Assembly (NCBI GenBank): GCA_965612865.1
Contig: CBFDTJ010000001.1
Span: 1 to 44,506, forward strand
Direction: 5' to 3'
Length of the DNA stretch: 44,506 nucleotides
Source: an uncultured bacterium
GTDB lineage: Bacteria > Caldisericota > Caldisericia > B22-G15
The notes beneath the pieces are model-generated. The model did not search any database and was not told the origin of the DNA. It worked only from the letters and a program-made list of their open reading frames with translations. Of the stretch, positions 1 through 9,955 are shown piece after piece. Made by a program: the position numbers and the translations under genes. Position 1 is the stretch's first letter, and each line of letters begins with the position of its first letter.

Positions 1-67
1 TCAAGCAGAAGACGGCATACGAGATCATGCCTAGTCTCGTGGGCTCGGAGATGTGTATAAGAGACAG
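1..67. other. Illumina Nextera P7/i7 adapter (synthetic, not genomic)
   Basis: Bases 2-25 are CAAGCAGAAGACGGCATACGAGAT. Bases 26-33 are the 8-nt index CATGCCTA. Bases 34-67 are GTCTCGTGGGCTCGGAGATGTGTATAAGAGACAG, which includes the Tn5 mosaic end. This is the exact structure of the Nextera index-1 primer. Confidence 0.97.
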
Positions 68-504
68 AATAAGAGTAGGGGAAGATATAAAAGAAGGAGT
101 TTGTTCAGAGTTACAATATATATCACCATAAATTGTGCTAAATTGTGAGTAATTCCGCCAATAATACTTACCCCTTTTATTGAGATTTTCTTACCCCCTG
201 CTTTCTTAAAAACAAGCATGAGAATTGATGCAGAGATGGAACCCGAAAAGCTCAATATAAATTCCAGAGTAAAAATGTTTCCTTTTATAAGGGAAACTAT
301 AATAGGCCTTAAAGCTCCTATCAAAACTGCTTCAATTCCTCCAAAGTAGTAGAGGGCGAAGAGTGTCGCAATATTTGAGAAACCGATTTTTATTCCCGGG
401 GCAAGGAAGAAAAGAAAAGGAGGCTCAACAAGGTTTAAAGCGATCCCTGAGGCAAGTATTAAAGAGAGTATTGTAAGTTTTTTTATCTTATTCTGAGACG
501 GCAT
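68..504 (-). CDS. Gx transporter family membrane protein (heptaprenyl diphosphate synthase component I-like), 3'-partial
   Basis: Polytopic hydrophobic protein with G-rich motifs (GIKIGFSNI, GGITHNLAQ). It is the last gene of the conserved ApbE / NusG_II / Gx trio. The final residues of the supplied ORF (..CLLYTSPSPRD) are translated adapter, so the real gene runs off the contig. Confidence 0.6.
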
Positions 505-835
505 CTAAATCATCTCCTCCAATCCATATAAAAACCCCATTGGGGATACATATTGCATACTCTCCCTCCTTTGAGATCCATCCTCTCTTTTCACAAATCT
601 TTTTCTTACATGGTGAATGAAGAAATCTTGCTTTCCCATCTTTAATTTCTATTTCAGCATTTCCTATTCTCCCCTTTACAGTTATCACAGTTTCTTGATT
701 TAAGGGGTATTTTTTAACACCCGAGTCTGTTTTTATAAAGAGGAAATCTCCTTCCTTTTTATTTAAGAATAAAACAACAGATATTAAAAGTAAAATGATA
801 ATTACGATTAGTAAAATCTTGTCATATAGCTTCAC
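488..835 (-). CDS. NusG domain II-containing protein (DUF1312 family)
   Basis: N-terminal TM helix followed by a small beta-rich domain with ..GKARFLHSPCKKKICEKRGWIS..GEYAICIPNGV.., as I recall for this family. It overlaps both neighbours (ApbE by 4 nt, Gx by 17 nt). Confidence 0.6.
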   Translation of the reverse strand: MKLYDKILLIVIIILLLISVVLFLNKKEGDFLFIKTDSGVKKYPLNQETVITVKGRIGNAEIEIKDGKARFLHSPCKKKICEKRGWISKEGEYAICIPNGVFIWIGGDDLDAVSE

Positions 836-1778
836 GGCACAGTAAGATCCATTGCTCCATTAATAAAATGTTTGTTTAGGTTTTTATCAACAATAATTGC
901 TTTAACCTGCGGATAGTTTCTTATAAGAAATTTCTCTCCCTTTTCTATACCTAACACGTATAGAGTTGTTGACAGAGCATCTCCTAGCATCCCGTCTTCA
1001 CTTATCACAGTCACCTCAATAACCCCACTCCTTGCTGGCTTCAATGTGGTAGGATCTATTATGTGATGATATCTTACTCCATCCTTCACAAAGTAGTTTT
1101 CATAATCTCCCGAAGTAGAAACAGTGCCACTAAAGATTTTTATCTTTGCAATAAGTCCGGCTTCCCTTGGATGCCTTATTCCAATTTTAAATTCCTCTTT
1201 TTCATCTCCAAAAACGAGTATGTTTCCACCAAGATTTACCACGCACCTTTTAACTTCTTCTTTCTCAAGTAAATTTTTAATTAAATCTAGGGCATACCCT
1301 TTAACAAGCCCTCCAAAATCAAGTTCTCCAGCTATTACCTTTACTCTTTTTTCTTCTTCATCTATCAGGATATTTGTTATATCAGCCCCTTTCCTCAATT
1401 CTTTCAATTCTTCCTCAGAGGGAATTTTGTAGTTTCCATCATAAAATCCCCATTTCCTTTCCACCTCACCAAGAATTGGATTGAAAGCTCCATCAGAAAT
1501 TTCATTCATATGGATTGAGAATTTAAGAACATCTATAAATTCCTTATCAACTTTAACCCATTCCCCCTTTTTATTGTTTATTTTGTAAACGAAAGAGTCT
1601 TTGTTAAATCTACTAAACTTCCCGTCTATGCTATTAAGAATTTCAGAAACTTCATTGTATACATGGGAATGTGATGAATCAACAGTGAATGTAAGAAATG
1701 TGCCAAGATACAACCCCTTCTTTGTAACCATCTTCGGTGAACAGGAGAAAAAAAAGAGTATTATAATAATGAAAAGAC

Positions 1779-5026
<3,248 letters not shown>

Positions 5027-5059
5027 ATACCGTCCTCCTTTTAACAAAAATCATTAAAA

Positions 5060-6181
5060 TTATATCATATGCTCCCTCTCTATCTCTTTAATTATTTCTA
5101 TAAGACCTGCTTTTATGTCAACAGGAAGATGTTTGACGGATATTATGTCTATCGCCTCCTTAAAGGAAAGTCCCCTTATTTTCTCCTCAATAGAAGTTAT
5201 AATGTTTCTGTCCTCGAGGAGAAAATCGCCATATATCTTTATCTCTTCGATTCTTTTCTTAAACTTACCTCTTAAAATTATTAGCCCGCTTCTAACCTTT
5301 TTTGTATATATTTCTTCATAATCTTTATCACTCCCAAAGGTCCATTCATGCCTTATATATTTTTCCTCTGCGAGTTTTTCCATAAGTTCGATTTCTCTAT
5401 CTGAGAGATTTCCTTCTACTAAACCTACATTAAAATAATCCTTAAATGTATTAAGAAATATACGGTATGCTTTCTCAACCGGAACATCTTTTTTTGTCTC
5501 AATTGCTACTGTTGTTAAAGCATCTTTAAGGGAATTAAATTTCTTATCGGAAAATTTTGGTTTCACAAATTTTAGGACTTTTGAGAGAAAATCGAGATCC
5601 ATATTTAATAGAATTGTTCCTGTATGAGAGATGGCATTCCCGAGTTTTGTATGCGCTGAGCCAAAAATTTTTCTTTCTCCCACAACAATATCGTTTATTC
5701 CCCTTATATTAGCTCTTATTCCAAACTTTTTTAGAAACTCTATGACAAAGTTCGAAAATTCCATATACATTTCTCTTTCGGAGAGGTGAGAGATGAAAGT
5801 ATTGTCTCTAAATAGAACCGTAAACATGAAACTTCCAAGATCCTGATAGACAGTTCCTCCAAGATTGTGTCTCCGGACAATCTTTACCCTCATTTTCCTT
5901 GCAAACTCTATATTTACAGTAACTTTAGGATCTTCTAAAAATCCAATAAGGACACTCCTTTCAACTCTCCTCAATCTAATTGTGTTTGGAAAAGATGCAT
6001 CCTCATCCATAATTCGCATCATTGCCTCTTCCAGGGCATAATGTTTTACTGGATCAGTAATGTTATCTTTTATTACTCTAAATCTCTCCACGATAAAATT
6101 CACACCTCTCTTTCTTACATTCTGGATTTCTATTACTGAATGCACATATAATTTTCTCTTTAATAGATAAATCAAGGTCAA
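5060..6181 (-). CDS. lplA: Lipoate-protein ligase A family protein (N- and C-terminal LplA domains)
   Basis: Aligns by eye with E. coli LplA: RRHNLGGTVYQDLG vs RRSSGGGAVFHDLG, and NDIVVGERKIFGSAH vs NDLVV..RKVSGSAY (catalytic Lys). The start is uncertain. GTG at 6091 or 6103 is more likely than ATG at 6181, which would overlap the upstream gene by 104 nt. GTG 6091 lines up with Met1 of E. coli LplA. Confidence 0.75.
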   Translation of the reverse strand: MTLIYLLKRKLYVHSVIEIQNVRKRGVNFIVERFRVIKDNITDPVKHYALEEAMMRIMDEDASFPNTIRLRRVERSVLIGFLEDPKVTVNIEFARKMRVKIVRRHNLGGTVYQDLGSFMFTVLFRDNTFISHLSEREMYMEFSNFVIEFLKKFGIRANIRGINDIVVGERKIFGSAHTKLGNAISHTGTILLNMDLDFLSKVLKFVKPKFSDKKFNSLKDALTTVAIETKKDVPVEKAYRIFLNTFKDYFNVGLVEGNLSDREIELMEKLAEEKYIRHEWTFGSDKDYEEIYTKKVRSGLIILRGKFKKRIEEIKIYGDFLLEDRNIITSIEEKIRGLSFKEAIDIISVKHLPVDIKAGLIEIIKEIEREHMI

Positions 6182-6791
6182 GATACCTCTTTAAATACCT
6201 ATCAAGAACTTTGAGACCCACATAAATACTTTCCTTACAGCATCTCGGTCCTCCCTGATTTGCCAGTTCCTTAAGACATTCTGATACACTAGAAAGGGAA
6301 ATACTTCTCTCCCTATCACTCATATATGTTGCTTTAAGAAGAGTTGATAGAGTTGCTCCAACACTACTGCATACGCCGCATGTTCCAATGGTTCCACACA
6401 CACCATATGGAATAAACTCAGTTCTATGGATTAGAGCAGCATTTCTCCTTGGATCCCAATTTAACTTTCCCTGATTTTTTAAGGATGTAAGAACTACTGG
6501 CCCAAGGACAAAGTGATACTCCTTTCCAAAGAAGTTAAAGGATGGATGTTTGATTAAAGTGTGAAGAATCTTTAATACATCCTTCTCTTTTGTGTAAGAG
6601 AGATATTTTATTGTAATCTCTTTCTGGTTTAAGAGCCTACATTCCTCACATATGTAATGCCCATTAGGGCAGATCCAATGGGCTTCCTCTTCTTTTCCGC
6701 AGTATATGCATCTTCCAACTGTCTTTTTCTCAACAAGTTCCTCTCCACATATGGGACATAGGAATTTGGCACTACTCAAACTTTTCTCCAT
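6078..6791 (-). CDS. Cys-rich zinc-ribbon protein of unknown function (possibly DUF5714-like)
   Basis: N-terminus has CPIC..CIYC..CPNGHYICEEC (two zinc-ribbon-like knuckle pairs). C-terminal part has GVCGTIGTCGVCSSVG and GGPRCC. The family assignment is from memory only. Confidence 0.5.
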   Translation of the reverse strand: MEKSLSSAKFLCPICGEELVEKKTVGRCIYCGKEEEAHWICPNGHYICEECRLLNQKEITIKYLSYTKEKDVLKILHTLIKHPSFNFFGKEYHFVLGPVVLTSLKNQGKLNWDPRRNAALIHRTEFIPYGVCGTIGTCGVCSSVGATLSTLLKATYMSDRERSISLSSVSECLKELANQGGPRCCKESIYVGLKVLDRYLKRYLDLDLSIKEKIICAFSNRNPECKKERCEFYRGEI

Positions 6792-7104
6792 GCTTTTTTA
6801 CATATTCCTCAATTGCTTTCAAATCCTCCTCTATATACTTTCTTACCCTATCAACAGGAGGTGGATTGGTAGAGGCAACCCACCTTCCGTCAATAAATAT
6901 TGATGGAACACCAATAGATTTTAAACTCGCTCTGAAGCCTGTTGTTGCTTCATCTGGTATTGGTTGACCCCTGTAATATATATTTATTTTTATTTTTTCT
7001 GGATATTCCTTTGCCATTTGTTCTGCAAGTTCAATCATTCTCTTACATTTAAAGGTTGGAGGTGATGCCACATAAAGTTCAATTAAAACCTTTGGTTTTT
7101 CCAT
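6772..7104 (-). CDS. Thioredoxin-fold protein lacking a CxxC (single Cys in TFKC)
   Basis: About 110 aa with a beta-alpha-beta pattern and ..GVPSIFIDG.. (cis-Pro loop region), typical of small thioredoxin/glutaredoxin-like proteins. GGAGG SD upstream of the ATG at 7104. Confidence 0.55.
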   Translation of the reverse strand: MEKPKVLIELYVASPPTFKCKRMIELAEQMAKEYPEKIKINIYYRGQPIPDEATTGFRASLKSIGVPSIFIDGRWVASTNPPPVDRVRKYIEEDLKAIEEYVKKHGEKFE

Positions 7105-7174
7105 ATCGCCTCCTTACAATTAAAATTATACACCCATTGGGATTAATGAAGGTTTTGTCATAATAAAAGAGATG

Positions 7175-7220
7175 AATATTATATAAACAGGTAGTGGGGC
7201 ATTTGCTACCCCACTACCTG
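7175..7220 (-). terminator. Rho-independent terminator after dsrH
   Basis: 12-bp perfect stem CAGGTAGTGGGG/CCCCACTACCTG (7188-7199 and 7209-7220) with the dsrH stop codon in the loop. It is followed on the minus strand by the T-rich run TTTATATAATATT. Confidence 0.6.
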
Positions 7221-7484
7221 TTGATCCTTCTCCAGTATAGTTACAAGTTCCTCGTAAGAGATAAGAGGAATTGTGGTATCTGATTCTTTGTATCCTCTGG
7301 ATAAGAAATCATCCTTTAATGCAACAACATTAACTTTTTTCTCTTTTAAAGCCTCCATTTTCTCCTTATTTAATAACCAGAAAACACCATTCTGAATTAA
7401 CACAACTGTGTCTCCTTCGTTGGATAGATCCATTTTTCTTTCAGCAACTAAATGTCCTAATCCATATTTAACAAAGATAACCAT
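7206..7484 (-). CDS. dsrH: DsrH/TusB-family sulfur relay protein (no Cys)
   Basis: 92 aa. VVLIQNGVF and VVALKDDFLSRG match the DsrH/TusB pattern. It is third in the canonical E-F-H order. Confidence 0.7.
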   Translation of the reverse strand: MVIFVKYGLGHLVAERKMDLSNEGDTVVLIQNGVFWLLNKEKMEALKEKKVNVVALKDDFLSRGYKESDTTIPLISYEELVTILEKDQQVVG

Positions 7485-7492
7485 CTCTCACC

Positions 7493-7846
7493 TCACATAA
7501 ATATTACAAAATCATTGGAGTGAATAATCTCTTTTGTCTTTTCAAGGGATATAATCTCAGGATTGTATCCTTCATCAACTTCTTTAACTTTGTATTTCTT
7601 GAGATCCTCATCAACTACATATATTTTTGTTCCATACTTCTTAAGATACTTCTGGACCATTTTGAGAGAGAGGAGACCGAGCTTTTTAGGCTCAGTCTCT
7701 TTTGCTACCGAAACTATTGCTTCATCCATGAGAAGGATAGATGGTTCAAGATCCTCTCCATACATCCCAAAAGCTGTTCTAAATCCTTCATTCACCCAGA
7801 TAGAACCACATGGAGATTGATATATTACAAATAATATTCTTTTCAT
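7493..7846 (-). CDS. dsrF: DsrF/TusC-family sulfur relay protein
   Basis: 117 aa. MKRILFVIYQSPCGS..EGFRTAF.. is typical of DsrF/TusC. Confidence 0.7.
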   Translation of the reverse strand: MKRILFVIYQSPCGSIWVNEGFRTAFGMYGEDLEPSILLMDEAIVSVAKETEPKKLGLLSLKMVQKYLKKYGTKIYVVDEDLKKYKVKEVDEGYNPEIISLEKTKEIIHSNDFVIFM

Positions 7847-7855
7847 TTCTCCACC

Positions 7856-8209
7856 TCAAGCCATTAAATTTATAAAAACATCAGTGGTTGCAATTAATTC
7901 CGCAAGTTCTGGGAGACCACTCGGATTGGCTCCCTCAATTAGCATATCCTGAGTAACTCCTCTATAATCCATACATATTCCACAGATATCAACTCTTAAC
8001 CCTTTTTTAATAAGTTCTTTTAGCTTCTCGGGTATATTTCTATCAATTCTTAATGGCTTAACTTTGGAATTTGCAGCAAGAACTGAGTCTGAGAACAAAA
8101 ATAGTCTTACTTCATGCCCCTTATTTAATGCCGCTTCTATTATTTTTATTGCAGTATCAACATCTTCATAAGTGTACGGTGGAACCATAGCTTCAATTGT
8201 GATCTTCAT
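7856..8209 (-). CDS. dsrE: DsrE/TusD-family sulfurtransferase
   Basis: 117 aa. ..ALNKGHEV.. and DICGICMDYRGV align with the A. vinosum DsrE active-site Cys region. The C-terminal PSGLPELAELI..F matches ISGLGQLVEA. Confidence 0.75.
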   Translation of the reverse strand: MKITIEAMVPPYTYEDVDTAIKIIEAALNKGHEVRLFLFSDSVLAANSKVKPLRIDRNIPEKLKELIKKGLRVDICGICMDYRGVTQDMLIEGANPSGLPELAELIATTDVFINLMA

Positions 8210-9219
8210 TTGCTACCTCCATACAATATTGATGACATAAACCAATTACCTAGGATAAAGAATATACCAGCAACAATAGAACTCAAAGCAAGTTGCGGAA
8301 TTCCAGAAAAGAAATGTCCTATGTTACACCCACCGCCAAGAACTGCACCAAATCCCATGCATATTCCACCTATAGTTACCTGTAAGTAAGTTACTCCTCT
8401 CCTGGGTACTCTAAATTTAAATTCTTTATAGATAAGAGCAGTTATAAATGCTCCTATTACGATACCCAAAACTTCTGCACCTTCCCAATTCAACTTAACC
8501 TTAGTTGCATATCCCATAAATACATTAATCCATCCGCCAGTAATACCCAGTGGATAAGGTCTTCCAGATAAAGTGCTCGTCCAGAAACCAAACATTGCTA
8601 CAGGTATAAGGAGAATTCCTATCATTTGCCAGCTCAATTTACTATCCGGTCTCTTTGTTGTTTTTGTCAAAAATAGATATGCAACTATTATTGCAAAAAC
8701 AATAATGCCTATAATCCAAGGATTTATGTGAAGAAGTGTTGCAAGAGTTGGACCAATTTTTCCTTTATCATCAGCAAGATATAGAGAGCTTATAGAAGAA
8801 ACTTTTGTGGTATATTTTGAAACCGCCTTTAAAATAGGACTGAACATACCCTTTTTCGTTGCCCACGCTGTAAGCCCATAAAACAAAAGTGCAAGCCATG
8901 ATGTAGTATTTCCTTCTCCTACCCTATAGGTTGTTCCACTGGCACACCCACCTGCAAGGACCATACCTATTCCAAATATGAATGGACCTACAATATTTCC
9001 TATTATGTTGAATGGTTTTGGATTTAAATGAACCCATCCCATCTGTGCCATAAATAGAAAAGCAACTATCTCAAGAGCAATAGCGAACATTATGGCTTTG
9101 AACAGGAAATTATCTTTAAGAAGTTTTAGATCCCTGAAAGCGGAGTTAAAACAAACTCTCCCCCTCTGTAAAATTACTCCAAATGCTACTCCTGTAATAA
9201 TTCCTAAAATTATCTCCAT
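8206..9219 (-). CDS. yeeE: YeeE/YedE-family thiosulfate/sulfur-compound transporter
   Basis: Polytopic protein with the two hallmark Cys loops AGGCASGT and GGGCNIGH. It is paired with a TusA-like gene directly upstream. Confidence 0.85.
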   Translation of the reverse strand: MEIILGIITGVAFGVILQRGRVCFNSAFRDLKLLKDNFLFKAIMFAIALEIVAFLFMAQMGWVHLNPKPFNIIGNIVGPFIFGIGMVLAGGCASGTTYRVGEGNTTSWLALLFYGLTAWATKKGMFSPILKAVSKYTTKVSSISSLYLADDKGKIGPTLATLLHINPWIIGIIVFAIIVAYLFLTKTTKRPDSKLSWQMIGILLIPVAMFGFWTSTLSGRPYPLGITGGWINVFMGYATKVKLNWEGAEVLGIVIGAFITALIYKEFKFRVPRRGVTYLQVTIGGICMGFGAVLGGGCNIGHFFSGIPQLALSSIVAGIFFILGNWFMSSILYGGSK

Positions 9220-9232
9220 TTAGCACCTCCCT

Positions 9233-9484
9233 TTACTCTTTTTTACCGCCTACTTTAATTAAAATTCTCCATTCACTGGGCCCTATCTCTTCAATCTTTA
9301 AAACCTCATGCCCTTCTCTCTCTGCAGTTGCTGGTATTCTTTCCTTTGAGAGAGGATAATCAATTAAAACTTCAAGAATCTCTCCTGGTTTCATGCTTTT
9401 TAAAGCTCTTTTAGTATCCACATCCGGAACAGGGCAAACTTCTCCTCTTTCATCGATTGTTTTCGTTGCTTTTAATTCCTCCAT
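9233..9484 (-). CDS. tusA: TusA/SirA/YeeD-family sulfur carrier
   Basis: 83 aa with the CPxP motif (GEVCPVPDV). GGAGG SD 6 nt upstream. Its 5' end overlaps the arsR 3' end by 35 nt. Confidence 0.85.
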   Translation of the reverse strand: MEELKATKTIDERGEVCPVPDVDTKRALKSMKPGEILEVLIDYPLSKERIPATAEREGHEVLKIEEIGPSEWRILIKVGGKKE

Positions 9485-9827
9485 CCTTTACCTCCTTTCT
9501 TATGAATTCTTTAAAGCTTATAATTAGTTTTCTAATATTTTTATTTTTTATAGAATAGTAAACAAATTTCCCGTCTTTTCTTACGGAGAGAAGCGATACC
9601 TTCTTTAGAGTTGAAAGATGCTGGGAAACAGCAGATCTCGTGATTCCTAAGAGTGGTGATATCTCACATATACACATTTCTCCATTTTCCATTAGAAGAA
9701 ATAAAATTTTCATTCTTGTCTTATCTGTCATAACAGATAAGACATTCAATACTTTATCAAGCTCCGATTCCTCAATTTCTATTAAATAATTTCTTTTTAT
9801 CCCTTTTGTTAAACAATAGTTTTTCAT
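9450..9827 (-). CDS. ArsR/SmtB-family transcriptional regulator (CxC alpha3 motif EMCICEI)
   Basis: Winged HTH: ..DKTRMKILFLL..GEMCICEISPLLGITRSAVSQHLSTLK.. First gene of the sulfur cluster. Confidence 0.85.
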   Translation of the reverse strand: MKNYCLTKGIKRNYLIEIEESELDKVLNVLSVMTDKTRMKILFLLMENGEMCICEISPLLGITRSAVSQHLSTLKKVSLLSVRKDGKFVYYSIKNKNIRKLIISFKEFIRKEVKDGGIKSNENNR

Positions 9828-9837
9828 TTCACAATTA

Positions 9838-9865
9838 AGTATACACTAAATTGTTTTCTTGTCAA
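9838..9865 (-). promoter_or_regulatory. Sigma70-type promoter of the arsR-tusA-yeeE-dsrEFH cluster
   Basis: On the minus strand: TTGACA (9865-9860), 16 nt spacer, TATACT (9843-9838). The ATG lies only 10 nt after the -10. The inverted repeat ATTGTT-N8-AACAAT (9850-9869) overlaps the -35. Confidence 0.55.
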
Positions 9866-9902
9866 CAATATTGAAATTATTAAGAAAACAGCCTAACAAA
9901 TT

Positions 9903-9927
9903 AAAAAAGGGAGGCAGTTTGCCTCCC
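9903..9927 (-). terminator. Rho-independent terminator of the Mo-hydroxylase operon
   Basis: GGGAGGC-N5-GCCTCCC hairpin (9909-9927) followed on the minus strand by TTTTTT. It lies 29 nt after the stop of the Mo subunit gene. Confidence 0.75.
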
Positions 9928-9955
9928 TTTTGATTTGATATTATAAACTATCTCT

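Noticed and set aside
5060-9827. The idea that the TusA/DsrE genes plus LplA represent an sHdr-LbpA-type sulfur-oxidation and lipoate-assembly locus
   Set aside because: The window contains no hdrA/B/C-like genes, no GcvH/LbpA-like lipoyl carrier, and no LipS1/LipS2-type radical SAM genes. The only radical SAM enzyme has the AmmeMemoRadiSam N-terminal signature. I kept this only as a weak contextual remark.
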